Assembly: GCA_045806665.1 (NCBI GenBank)
Contig: JBJMIW010000372.1
Location: 1-63,338, forward strand
DNA: 63,338 bases
Reading direction: 5' to 3'
From: Actinoallomurus sp.
GTDB lineage: Bacteria; Actinomycetota; Actinomycetes; Streptosporangiales; Streptosporangiaceae
The translations under genes and the position numbers were made by a program. The notes under the pieces are model-generated. The model made no database searches. It was not told the DNA's origin and was given only the letters and a program-made list of their open reading frames with translations. Within the stretch, counting starts at the first letter, position 1. Each line of letters starts with the position of its first letter. Shown one piece after another: positions 47,973-57,323 of this stretch.

Positions 47973-48917
47973 ATGCCCATGCGCGCCCGCCGGAGCACCC
48001 TCGCCGTGCCCGCCAGCAACCCGAGGTTCATCGAGAAGACGCGGGGACTTCCGGTCGACGAGTTCTTCCTCGACCTGGAGGACGCCGTCGCGCCGTCCGC
48101 CAAGGCGGACGCCCGGGCGAACGCCGTGGCCGCGCTGCGGGAGGGCGGCTGGGGGGACCGGGTCCGCGTCGTCCGGATCAACGATACGACGACCGGGTTC
48201 GCCTACCGTGACGTGATCGAGGTCGTGGAGGGTGCGGGGGCGGACCTCGACTGCCTGATGCTGCCGAAGGTCTCCTCGCCCGATGACGTCGTCTGGCTGG
48301 ACGTGCTCCTGACGCAGATCGAGCGGGCGACCGGCCTGCCGGTGGGCCGGATCGGGATCGAGGCGCAGATCGAGGACGCGCGGGGACTGACCCGGATCGA
48401 CGAGATCGCCGCCGCCTCGCCGCGCCTCGAGGCGCTGGTGTTCGGGCCCGGCGACCTCATGGCCTCGATCAACATGAAGACGCTCGTCGTCGGCGAGCAG
48501 CCGCCCGGCTACACCGAGGGCGATGCCTACCACCACATCCTGATGCGCATCCTCATCGCCGCCCGGGCCCGGGACCTGCAGGCCATCGACGGGCCGTACT
48601 TCAACGTCCGCGACGTCGAGGCGTTCACGCGGGCCGCCCGGCGCAGCGCCGCGCTCGGCTTCGACGGCAAGTGGGTGCTGCATCCCGCCCAGGCCGAGGC
48701 GTGCAACGAGGTGTTCTCTCCCGGCCAGGACGACTATGACCACGCCGAATTGATCCTCGACGCGTACGACCACGCCACCCGGGTGCGGGGCCGAGGTGCG
48801 GCGATGCTCGGCGACGAGATGATCGACGAGGCGTCCCGCAAGATGGCCCTGGTCATCGCCGCGAAGGGCCGCGCCGCCGGACTGAGGCGTACGAAGGAGT
48901 TCACTCCTCCGGAGTAG
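47973..48917 (+). CDS. CitE-like CoA ester lyase
   Basis: RRSTLAVP, FLDLEDAV, VVRIN, AQIE, GFDGKWVLHP. Confidence 0.92.
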   Translation: MPMRARRSTLAVPASNPRFIEKTRGLPVDEFFLDLEDAVAPSAKADARANAVAALREGGWGDRVRVVRINDTTTGFAYRDVIEVVEGAGADLDCLMLPKVSSPDDVVWLDVLLTQIERATGLPVGRIGIEAQIEDARGLTRIDEIAAASPRLEALVFGPGDLMASINMKTLVVGEQPPGYTEGDAYHHILMRILIAARARDLQAIDGPYFNVRDVEAFTRAARRSAALGFDGKWVLHPAQAEACNEVFSPGQDDYDHAELILDAYDHATRVRGRGAAMLGDEMIDEASRKMALVIAAKGRAAGLRRTKEFTPPE

Positions 48918-48987
48918 CCCATATTCCCGCATTTAGGGCGCCCGGAAACCTTGACGCGGCCCGCGAGGGGCGGGACCGTGAGAGACC

Positions 48988-49608
48988 ATGAGGGCCGCGC
49001 CCATCTGCCCGCGGTGCCGCGGACCGGTGACCGCGCCGAACGTCTGGACCAGCGCCTGGACCTGTGCCGTACACGGCGACGTCTGCCCGCTGCGCCCGTC
49101 CCGGCGGCCCTGCCGGGAGGTACTCGAGGCCGTCCGGGCCGAGGCCCGGGTCCCCATCTGGGTGCCCTGGCCGCTCCCGCTCGGCTGGCTCGTCACCGGC
49201 TTCGCCGACGCGGGCGACGAGCGCAGCGGAAGCCGGGCCGTCGCGGTCGCGCTGTCGGGCCCGTCACCGGTCGGCGGCCCGGCCGACCTGATCCTCATCG
49301 CGGAGGAGCCGGGCATCGGCCTGGGCGCCTCCTACGCCGGACTGCCCGGTCCCGACCCCGGACACGGGTTCGGGACCTCGACGCCCGACGTGAAGGTGCA
49401 CATCGACGCACACCCGCTGTCGCTCTGGGCGGTGCCCGGCGCTGAGACGGCGGCGTTCGCCGGCGAGGCGCTCGGCAACTGGCTGTGGGCCGTGCTGTGG
49501 CCCGCCTCGGCCGGCGCGCTGATGCTCGAGGACCTGCGCCTGCGCGACCTGCGGGAGGTCGACTTCGACGTGCCGTACGGAGCGGCGAGTCCCCGGCTGG
49601 ATGCATGA
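48988..49608 (+). CDS. Conserved hypothetical protein (DUF6758-like)
   Basis: CPRC..CAVHG, PWPLPLGW, AEEPGIGLGA. Confidence 0.8.
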   Translation: MRAAPICPRCRGPVTAPNVWTSAWTCAVHGDVCPLRPSRRPCREVLEAVRAEARVPIWVPWPLPLGWLVTGFADAGDERSGSRAVAVALSGPSPVGGPADLILIAEEPGIGLGASYAGLPGPDPGHGFGTSTPDVKVHIDAHPLSLWAVPGAETAAFAGEALGNWLWAVLWPASAGALMLEDLRLRDLREVDFDVPYGAASPRLDA

Positions 49609-49615
49609 TCGGACC

Positions 49616-50470
49616 GTGCGCATCGACCTGCACTCCCACAGCTCCGTGTCAGACGGCACCCGGCCGCCCGCCGACGTCGTCCGCCGCGCCCACGCCGCGG
49701 GCGTGGACGTCCTCGCCCTGACCGACCACGACACCGTCGCGGGCCATGCCGAGGCCGTAGGCGCGCTCCCGCCGGGCATGACGCTCATCCGCGGCATGGA
49801 GCTCTCCTGCCGACTCGGCGGCCACGGCCTCCACCTGCTGGCGTACCTCTTCGACCCGGACGATCCGGACCTGGCGGCCGAACGACGGCGCATCCGCGAG
49901 GACCGCGCGCGCCGGGCGCGTGGCATGGTCGAGCGCCTCGGGCTGCTCGGCGCGCCCGTCACCTGGGAGATGGTCCAGCGGATCACCGGGGAGTCCGTCC
50001 CCGGGCGCCCCCACATCGCCCGTGTGCTGGTCGAGTCCGGAGTGGTGTCCACCGTCGACGAGGCGTTCTCGCACGACTGGATCGGCGTGGGCGGCCGCGC
50101 GTACGTCGGCCGGTACGCGCTCGACGCGGTCGCGGCCGTCGGACTCGTCCGCGAGGCCGGTGGCGTTCCCGTACTGGCGCATCCCCGGGCGTCCCGGCGC
50201 GGCTACCTCTTCACCGACGAGGAGATCGCACGCCTGGCCCGTGTCGGCCTCGCCGGTGTCGAGGTCTACCACCCGGACCACACCCCGGCGGACCGCGCAA
50301 ATCTCCGCGGACTCGCCGCTGACCTCGGCCTGTTCGTCACCGGCGCGAGTGACGACCACGGCGACCTGACCGGCCACCGGCTCGGCGCGGAGACGACGGC
50401 ACCGGAGGCGTACGAGGCCCTCCTGTCCGAGGCCACCGGCGCGCAACCGGACCGCGCACCCGGCTGCTGA
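49616..50470 (+). CDS. PHP-domain phosphoesterase
   Basis: IDLHSHSSVSDG, LTDHD, GRPHIA, LAHP, SDDHG. Confidence 0.93.
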   Translation: MRIDLHSHSSVSDGTRPPADVVRRAHAAGVDVLALTDHDTVAGHAEAVGALPPGMTLIRGMELSCRLGGHGLHLLAYLFDPDDPDLAAERRRIREDRARRARGMVERLGLLGAPVTWEMVQRITGESVPGRPHIARVLVESGVVSTVDEAFSHDWIGVGGRAYVGRYALDAVAAVGLVREAGGVPVLAHPRASRRGYLFTDEEIARLARVGLAGVEVYHPDHTPADRANLRGLAADLGLFVTGASDDHGDLTGHRLGAETTAPEAYEALLSEATGAQPDRAPGC

Positions 50471-50580
50471 ACGGCCGCTCCCGCCGTTCGCCGCGCTCTG
50501 TCGAGGATGGCTCTCGCCCCCTCCGATGCCGGCGCTGCTTGCGCCGCCAACCGGCCGGCCCCCAAGGGTGCTCGTTAGGA

Positions 50581-50622
50581 GGTGTTTCGCCAGGCGAGAA
50601 TTTTCTCGCCTGGCGAAACACC
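50581..50622. repeat. Perfect 20-bp inverted repeat with internally palindromic arms
   Basis: GGTGTTTCGCCAGGCGAGAA-TT-TTCTCGCCTGGCGAAACACC. Confidence 0.85.
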
Positions 50623-50807
50623 GCAGAACGCGACGGCTGCCCGAGCGGTCGGTTCCTGACCGCAGTTCTCAACGTCGTTGTCCAGCGTGAGAGGGTAGGC
50701 GGGCCCTGTTTCGCCTGTGTTTCGCCGGCCTTGTGGTGTCGGCGGCCTCGGAAACCGGATCAGCGGCGTGCTGCGCGTCCGGCAGGGGAAGTCGGTAAGG
50801 TTCCGGT

Positions 50808-51503
50808 GTGGACGCGCGTATCGACAAAGTGGTGACGTCGGGCAAGGTCACGGTCGACGACACCGAATATGACATCGAGAGCAACACCTACCTCGTCGGA
50901 GACGACGACGCGGTGATCGTGATCGACCCCGCCAACGATGCCGAGGCGATCCTCAAGGAGATCGGCGAGCGCGAGGTGATGGCCGTCATCTGCACCGACG
51001 GCCGTGATCACCACCTCAGCACGGTCATCGAGATCGCCGAGGCCGACGAGGACGACCCGGCGCCGATCGGGCTGCACTCGCGGGACCGTCTCCTGTGGCG
51101 TCAGTACTTCCGTGCCCTCGCCAAGAAGGACGAGGACTCGGAGTTCATGAAGGACCTCACCCCGGACATCGACATCGAGGACGGCGGGGTCTTCGAGATC
51201 GCCGGTGCGCAGCTGGAGGTCATGCACACGCCTGGGCACACCCCCGGCAGCATCTGCCTCTACAGTGAGCAGCTCGGTGTGCTGTTCTCCGGCGACACCC
51301 TGCACAAGGGGCGCCCGGGCCGGGTCGGGGACGAATACCACGACCTGCAGGACCAGCTGAACTCCATCGGGTCGCTGCTCGGGCCGCTGCCCAAGGACAT
51401 GCGGGTGCTGCCCGGCCAGGGCGAGGAGACCACGGTCGGCGACGAGGACTCCCAGTGGGAGAGCTGGTTCGCGCTGGCGCAGGAGCCGAGTTCCGAGGAC
51501 TGA
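50808..51503 (+). CDS. MBL-fold protein with degenerate metal site
   Basis: NTYLV..VIDP, TPGHTPGS, FSGDTL; HxHxDH replaced by DGRDHH; PGHG replaced by PGQG. Confidence 0.8.
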   Translation: MDARIDKVVTSGKVTVDDTEYDIESNTYLVGDDDAVIVIDPANDAEAILKEIGEREVMAVICTDGRDHHLSTVIEIAEADEDDPAPIGLHSRDRLLWRQYFRALAKKDEDSEFMKDLTPDIDIEDGGVFEIAGAQLEVMHTPGHTPGSICLYSEQLGVLFSGDTLHKGRPGRVGDEYHDLQDQLNSIGSLLGPLPKDMRVLPGQGEETTVGDEDSQWESWFALAQEPSSED

Positions 51504-51507
51504 CGCC

Positions 51508-52389
51508 ATGGCTGCCGAGCAGCTCGGGTTCGAGGGGATGCCCAAGCGGCTCTACCCCTGCACGCCCTCCCGCCTGAACACCTGGCTCGACTGCCCGCGC
51601 CGCTACCGGATGACCTACCTCGACCGGCCCAAGCCGGACAAGGGTCCGCCGTGGGCGCACAACAGCGTCGGCGCCAGCGTCCACAACGCCCTCGCCGGCT
51701 GGTGGCGGCTGCCGATCGAGGAGCGCACGCCCGAGGCGGCCGGTGGGCTGCTCGACCGCGGCTGGCTCACCGACGGCTTCCGGGACGACGCCCAGTCCAC
51801 CGAGTGGCGGCATCGCGCCCGGGAGATGGTCCTGCGCTACGTCGCCGGGCTCGACCCGGCGGACGAGCCGGTCGGCGTCGAGCGCACGGTGTCGATGAAG
51901 ACGCATGTGATCACCGTCCAGGGCCGGGTCGACCGGCTGGACCGGCGGGGCGACGAACTCGTGGTCGTCGACTACAAGACCGGCCGCCGGCCGCTCACCG
52001 CCGACGATGCCCGGGCGTCCCTGGCGCTCGCGCTGTACGCCGCGGCGGCCCGCCGGATGATGCGGACCCCGTGCCGCCTCGTCGAACTCCACCACCTGCC
52101 GACCGGTGAGGTCGCGGTGTGGGAACACACCGACGACTCCCTCGGCCGTCACCTGCGCCGCGCCGAGCAGATCGCCGAAGAGTGCGGCGAGGCGGACGAG
52201 TGGTACCGCGCCAACGCACGGGCGGTCGATGCCGAGCTGCTGCCGCCGGAAGGCCGCCACGCGCGGTTCGACGAGCGGTTCCCGCCCCGCCCCGGGGCCT
52301 TGTGCGCCTGGTGCGACTACGCGCGCCACTGCCCGGAGGGCCGGGCCGCCGCCCCGGCCCGCGACCCCTGGTCCGCCCTGGCGGAGTGA
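51508..52389 (+). CDS. RecB/AddB-like PD-(D/E)xK nuclease
   Basis: DCP, GRVDRLD, VVDYKTG, LALYA, CAWCDYARHCP. Confidence 0.9.
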   Translation: MAAEQLGFEGMPKRLYPCTPSRLNTWLDCPRRYRMTYLDRPKPDKGPPWAHNSVGASVHNALAGWWRLPIEERTPEAAGGLLDRGWLTDGFRDDAQSTEWRHRAREMVLRYVAGLDPADEPVGVERTVSMKTHVITVQGRVDRLDRRGDELVVVDYKTGRRPLTADDARASLALALYAAAARRMMRTPCRLVELHHLPTGEVAVWEHTDDSLGRHLRRAEQIAEECGEADEWYRANARAVDAELLPPEGRHARFDERFPPRPGALCAWCDYARHCPEGRAAAPARDPWSALAE

Positions 52390-52424
52390 CCCGGAGGCCG
52401 CGACCGGCCGGTCACCTCATCCGA

Positions 52425-52600
52425 GGCGGCCGACCGGCTCAGGCGCGGTCCTCTTCGGCCGGCGGCGGAGCAGGTCAGGTGGCCGAGCGGTCAGGTGGCG
52501 GTCCTCTTCGGCCGGCGGCGCAGCGGGTGAGGCGGCGGCCTGTTCGGTAGGCGGCCGAGCGGGTCAGGCGGCGGTGGTCTTGGGCCAGCGGCGGGGGTCG
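52425..52600. repeat. ~36-bp degenerate tandem copies of the 3' end of the DUF2236 gene
   Basis: Units start at 52439, 52475 (short), 52491 and 52528; real gene end at 52564; unit 52491 matches 25/30 nt. Confidence 0.8.
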
Positions 52601-53463
52601 CGGAGGCCCTGGAGGCCCTTGCCGAGGTCGTAGCCTTCGGCGGCGAGCCGCTGGCGGGCGCCTTCGAGCATGTCCTTGGTCGCCTGCTGGAACGTCAGGT
52701 CGTGGACCTTCTCCGGGAGGGTGTTCGCCGCCAGGCGGAAGGACCTCAGCGCCGCCGTCACGACCGGACCCGGTATCTCGGGCAGGATCCCGTACATTCG
52801 CCGGGCCCAGGCGGGCAGCGAGTAGTAGCAGAGCGCGCCGAACGGGACGTACATCGGCTTGCCCGCCGACAGCCACCGCATCTCCTCGGGCAGCCTCGGC
52901 CACAGCAGGAACCGTACGGTCGAGCGGGCCTCCGGGGTGGCCTTCAGCCGCGGGCGGATCTCCGCGAAGAAGGCCGTCAGCTCCGCGAGGCTGCCCGGGA
53001 CGTCCTCCTCGTGCAGACCGACGTAGGTGGCGCTGCGGCGCTGCTCGGCGAGGTAGCGGTCCGCCTGCCGGTCGGTCAGCCGTAGTCCGGAGCGGCGCGC
53101 GACCTCCAGGTACGAGGAGACCTCCGCGCAGTGCACCCAGAGCAGGAGTTCGGGGTCATCGACGCGGTCGACCCGTCCGGTGTCCGGGTCCTTGATCCGC
53201 AGGGTCCGGTGAATGGCCCTGACCCGGCGGCCGAGGCGGTCCGCCTCGTCGGGCGTCCCCCACGTGACCACGCCGACGAAGTCGGCCGTGCGCTGCAGCC
53301 GGCCGATCGGGTCCTCCTGGAAGTTGGAGTTCTGCCATACGCCGCGCATGGCGGTGGGGTGCAGGGCCTGCAGCATGAGGCCGCGTACGCCGCCGATCCA
53401 CATCGACCGGTCGATGTGGACCTGCCAGGTGACGCTCTGCGGAGGCTGGACGGTCGCTTCCAT
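52564..53463 (-). CDS. DUF2236 / MpaB-like oxygenase-domain protein
   Basis: LMLQALHP, GRLQRTADF, DDPELLLWVH. Confidence 0.88.
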   Translation of the reverse strand: MEATVQPPQSVTWQVHIDRSMWIGGVRGLMLQALHPTAMRGVWQNSNFQEDPIGRLQRTADFVGVVTWGTPDEADRLGRRVRAIHRTLRIKDPDTGRVDRVDDPELLLWVHCAEVSSYLEVARRSGLRLTDRQADRYLAEQRRSATYVGLHEEDVPGSLAELTAFFAEIRPRLKATPEARSTVRFLLWPRLPEEMRWLSAGKPMYVPFGALCYYSLPAWARRMYGILPEIPGPVVTAALRSFRLAANTLPEKVHDLTFQQATKDMLEGARQRLAAEGYDLGKGLQGLRDPRRWPKTTAA

Positions 53464-53557
53464 GAGGCATGGTAAGTGATCAGTTACATGAGACGCCAGG
53501 CGTTTCCTGTCTCAACGGGCGTCTCGTAGACGACGCCACCACGCCGCAGCGCGACGG

Positions 53558-54427
53558 TCAGGCGCGCTCGGCGTCGTTCCAGAAGGAGGTCAGCGCGCTG
53601 GCGGTGGTCTCCGGGGCCTCGACGGCGGGGGAGTGCGCCGCGCCCGGGATCACGACCTTGCGGGCGCCTAGGCGCTCGGCCATCATGGCCTGTTCGCGGG
53701 GCTCCCAGCCGTCGTCGTTCTCGCCGTACAGGACGAGCACCGGCAGGTCGGCGTCCTCGACGACCTTCGCGAGTTCGTCGACCCGGTCGGGGCAGGACAG
53801 CACCTCGTGGGCCATGCTCATCAGGCCCGTGGGGGAGTTCATGAACATCCGCCGGCGGAGGAAGGCCACGATCTCCGGAGGGACCCCCTTGGCGATCACC
53901 TCCGGCTCCATGCGGGTCGACCACAGATGTTCCAGGCCGACCTTGGGCAGCGCCGCGAGCAGGACGCGCCCTTCGACCTCGCGAGACCCGCCGATCGCAG
54001 CCGGGCCGGAGCTCATCAGCGTGTACGACGCCAGCAGCGTGGGATCGTAGATCGCCGTCTCGCGCGTGACCAGTCCGCCGAAGGAGTGCCCGACGAGGTG
54101 CACCTGGTCGTCGAAGTACTCGAGGACGGCGGCGACGTCGGCGCCGAGTGCGGCGCAGCTGTAGGCCGATGAATCGTCCGGGCCCGGGGACTCGTGCTGG
54201 CCGCGCATGTCGAGCGCCACCACCCGGCGGCCACCGCCCGCAAGGGTCTGCAGCACCGCGAGGAAGTCCTCTTTGCTGCCGGTGAAGCCGGGCACCAGCA
54301 GCGCCGGCCCCCGCTCACAGACGCCGGAGCCCGGGAGCGCCTCGAGTACGGCGAACGTGCCGCGCGAGGTGTCGATCTCCGTGCGGCGGACGCCGGGAGG
54401 CAGAGCAAGGAACCGGGGCGTACTCAC
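53558..54427 (-). CDS. Alpha/beta hydrolase
   Basis: PGFTGSKEDF, GHSFGG nucleophile elbow, AAHSP. Confidence 0.92.
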   Translation of the reverse strand: MSTPRFLALPPGVRRTEIDTSRGTFAVLEALPGSGVCERGPALLVPGFTGSKEDFLAVLQTLAGGGRRVVALDMRGQHESPGPDDSSAYSCAALGADVAAVLEYFDDQVHLVGHSFGGLVTRETAIYDPTLLASYTLMSSGPAAIGGSREVEGRVLLAALPKVGLEHLWSTRMEPEVIAKGVPPEIVAFLRRRMFMNSPTGLMSMAHEVLSCPDRVDELAKVVEDADLPVLVLYGENDDGWEPREQAMMAERLGARKVVIPGAAHSPAVEAPETTASALTSFWNDAERA

Positions 54428-54517
54428 TGGCAGGAGCTTACTTGCAGATGCCACTACCGACACCATCGTAGTGGTTTGAACGGTAAATCGCCGGGGATCG
54501 GGAAGTACCCTCAAGGC

Positions 54518-55246
54518 ATGACGGCTGCCGTCTCCGCCCACAAGGGCGGATCCGAGGTCGCCCGGGGCGCCACCTGGGACGCGTACGTCAGCGCCCTCAC
54601 AACGGGCGCGGAGTACGTCGAGTTCGACATCCGCCGGACGCGCGACGGAGAGTTCGTGGTCTTCCACGATCCACGGGTGGCCGACCACCCCGTGGCGGGG
54701 GTGACATACGAGGAGCTGTGCGCGGTGGCCGGCCATCGCGTGCCGCGCGTCCGTGACGTCATGGCGCTGATCGCCGGCCGCGCGAAGGGCCACCTCGACC
54801 TCAAGGAGGTCGGTGACGAGTCCGAGATCATCACGCTCGCCCTCGACATTCTCGGCCCGGACGGCTTCGTCGCCACCACGCTCGAGGACTCCTCGATCGC
54901 ACGGATCAAGCGGGAGTTTCCTCAGGTGACCGCGGCTCTGTCGCTCGGTCGCAGCCTTCGGGAGGTCTCCTGGCTGATGAAGGCGCCGACAAGGATGCAG
55001 GAGCTGTACCCGTTGCGCCGTATGCGCGAGTGCGGCGCCGACTGGCTCGCGGTGCACCGCAGGCTCGCCCGTGCCACCGTGCTGCGCGTATGCGGTCGGT
55101 TCGGCATCCCCACGATGGTGTGGACGGTCAACGACGAGCCGCGGATGCGCCGCTTCCTCGGCGACGAGCGGGTCACGGTCCTGATCACCGACCGCCCGCG
55201 GCAGGCCCTCCGCCTGCGCCAGGCGGGCCTCGACCCCGCCGGATAG
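54518..55246 (+). CDS. Glycerophosphodiester phosphodiesterase family protein
   Basis: SAHKGG, VEFDIRRTRDG..VFHD, VWTVND, ITDRP. Confidence 0.88.
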   Translation: MTAAVSAHKGGSEVARGATWDAYVSALTTGAEYVEFDIRRTRDGEFVVFHDPRVADHPVAGVTYEELCAVAGHRVPRVRDVMALIAGRAKGHLDLKEVGDESEIITLALDILGPDGFVATTLEDSSIARIKREFPQVTAALSLGRSLREVSWLMKAPTRMQELYPLRRMRECGADWLAVHRRLARATVLRVCGRFGIPTMVWTVNDEPRMRRFLGDERVTVLITDRPRQALRLRQAGLDPAG

Positions 55247-55318
55247 CGCACCGGACCCGGTCGTCCGGCCACGGCGGCGTTCCCCGGACCGGCCCCGACC
55301 GGTCCCAGGGCACGAATA

Positions 55319-55345
55319 AGGGGCGTGACCGGTGACCACGCCCCT
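55319..55345. terminator. Hairpin between convergent GDPD and helicase genes
   Basis: AGGGGCGTG...CACGCCCCT. Confidence 0.55.
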
Positions 55346-55358
55346 CCTCAGCCGCTTG

Positions 55359-57323
55359 TCAGGCGGATTCGCGCGCCCCGCCGGCCCGCGCGCGGCGCTG
55401 CCTCTTGGCCGCCGGGCGTACCGGCTCGACGAACTCCGTTGTGTCGTCCGTGCCGTCGATGGGCGGCGGCAGGAACTGGACCATCGGGATGCCCGCGGGG
55501 CTCACCAGGACCGGGGCCGTCACCGGCTCGGGCCGCTGCGCGGGCGCCTCGGGTGCCGGGTCCGGGGTGAACGCCGCCGGGGTCGAGGTGACCTCGGTCG
55601 TCTCGGCGATCTCGCCGGTCGGGGCGGGGACGTCGTGCGCCTCCGTTGCGCGCCGGCGTGTGCGGCGTGCGGGCGCGGCGGGCTCCGCCGTCTCCACGAC
55701 GGCCTCGGGTGCCGGGTCCGGGGTGAACGCCGCCGGGGTCGAGGTGACCTCGGTCGTCTCGGCGATCTCGCCGGTCGGGGCGGGGACGTCGTGTGCCTCC
55801 GTTGCGCGCCGGCGTGTGCGGCGTGCGGGCGCGGCGGGCTCCGCCGTCTCCGCCACGGCCTCGGGCGCCGGCGTCGTGACCTCGGCGGTAGGCGTCACCG
55901 GCTCGGCCGGGTGGGTCGCGGCCTCCACCGGCCGACTCGTGTGCCGCCGCGCCGCCTGGCCCGCCGTGACGGCCTCGCCGTCATGGCCCACCTGGCGGCC
56001 GCCCCGCGTGCGCTGACGTGAGCGACTGCGCTCCCGTGTGGCGCCTCGCGGCTCCTCGTGGCCCGCATGGGACCGGGAACGGCCGGTCTCGCCGATGTCC
56101 TCGACCTCTTCGGCCTCCAGCCCGGCACGGTCCCGCTGCGCCTTCGGCAGGATGCCGGTGACGTCGGACGGGATGTCGAGCAGCTCGTGCAGGTGCTCGG
56201 AGGTGGAGTAGGTCTCGGCCGGCTCAGCGAAGTCCAGGCCGAGCGCGGTGTTGATCAGCTTCCAGCGCTGCAGGTCCGCCCAGTCGACGAGCGTCACCGC
56301 GATGCCCTCCTTGCCCGCACGGCCGGTACGGCCGATGCGGTGCACGTAGGTCTCCGCGGCGTCCGGGCACTCGTAGTTGACGACGTGGGTGACGTCGTCG
56401 ACGTCGAGACCGCGCGCCGCCACATCGGTGGCGACCAGCACGTCGATCTTGCCGGCGCGGAAGGCGCGCAGGGCCCGCTCGCGCTGACCCTGACCGAGGT
56501 CGCCGTGCACGGCGGCGGCGGCGAAGCCCCGCCGGGTGAGGTCCTCGGCGACCCGGTCACAGGCGCGCTTCGTCTGGCAGAACACCATGGTGAGGCCGCG
56601 ACCGCGCGCCTGCAGGATGCGGACGAGCAGCTCGGGCTTGTCCATCTGGTGTGCCTGGAAGACGTGCTGCACGACCTGCGGAGTCGTTTCGGACTCCTCG
56701 TGGGACTCGGCCCGTACGTTGGTCGGCCGGGTGAGGTACTTGCGCGAGAGCGCGACGATCTCGCCCGGCATGGACGCCGAGAACAGCATCGTCTGGCGCC
56801 GCGCGGGCACCTTGGCGACCAGGCGCTCGATGTCGGGCAGGAAGCCGAGGTCGAGCATGCGGTCGGCCTCGTCCAGAACGAGCACCGAGACCTGTGACAG
56901 GTCGAGGTACTTCTGCTTGACCAGGTCGAGCAGCCGTCCGGGTGTGCCGACGACGACCTCGACGCCGTTCTTGAGGGCGTCGATCTGCGGTTCGTACGCG
57001 CGGCCGCCGTACACCGACAGGACCCGGCTGCCGAGCTTGCCGCCGGCGGTGGTCAGGTCGTCGGTCACCTGGACAGCCAGCTCACGCGTCGGCACGATGA
57101 CCAGGGCCTGTGGCTTGACCCCACCGTGCTCGATACGCTGCAGTAGCGGGATGCCGAAGGCCAGGGTCTTGCCGGTGCCCGTGCGGGCCTGGCCGATGAT
57201 GTCGTGCCCGCCGAGACCGATCGGAATGGCGAGCGTCTGAATCGGGAACGGTTCGACGATGCCCTCTGTTTCGAGGGCATCTGCTATTTCGGGGACAACC
57301 CCGAGCTCATGAAATGTCGTCAG
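55359..57323 (-). CDS. DEAD-box RNA helicase, probable CTG start
   Basis: Q motif (FHELG..PFPIQ), ARTGTGKT, PTREL, TPGR, DEAD, HRIGRTGR; frame extends 76 codons above the first GTG. Confidence 0.93.
   Translation of the reverse strand: MTTFHELGVVPEIADALETEGIVEPFPIQTLAIPIGLGGHDIIGQARTGTGKTLAFGIPLLQRIEHGGVKPQALVIVPTRELAVQVTDDLTTAGGKLGSRVLSVYGGRAYEPQIDALKNGVEVVVGTPGRLLDLVKQKYLDLSQVSVLVLDEADRMLDLGFLPDIERLVAKVPARRQTMLFSASMPGEIVALSRKYLTRPTNVRAESHEESETTPQVVQHVFQAHQMDKPELLVRILQARGRGLTMVFCQTKRACDRVAEDLTRRGFAAAAVHGDLGQGQRERALRAFRAGKIDVLVATDVAARGLDVDDVTHVVNYECPDAAETYVHRIGRTGRAGKEGIAVTLVDWADLQRWKLINTALGLDFAEPAETYSTSEHLHELLDIPSDVTGILPKAQRDRAGLEAEEVEDIGETGRSRSHAGHEEPRGATRERSRSRQRTRGGRQVGHDGEAVTAGQAARRHTSRPVEAATHPAEPVTPTAEVTTPAPEAVAETAEPAAPARRTRRRATEAHDVPAPTGEIAETTEVTSTPAAFTPDPAPEAVVETAEPAAPARRTRRRATEAHDVPAPTGEIAETTEVTSTPAAFTPDPAPEAPAQRPEPVTAPVLVSPAGIPMVQFLPPPIDGTDDTTEFVEPVRPAAKRQRRARAGGARESA
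55546..55857 (-). repeat. 156-bp near-identical tandem duplication in helicase C-terminal tail
   Basis: PEAVxETAEPAAPARRTRRRATEAHDVPAPTGEIAETTEVTSTPAAFTPDPA twice. Confidence 0.92.

Noticed and set aside
51508-52600. Cas4-like gene plus adjacent repeats as a CRISPR remnant
   Set aside because: The repeats derive from the neighbouring gene's 3' end; no cas1/cas2; the nuclease belongs to the backbone
57095-57323. Helicase as a 5'-truncated pseudogene
   Set aside because: The frame is open with intact motifs up to an SD-preceded CTG
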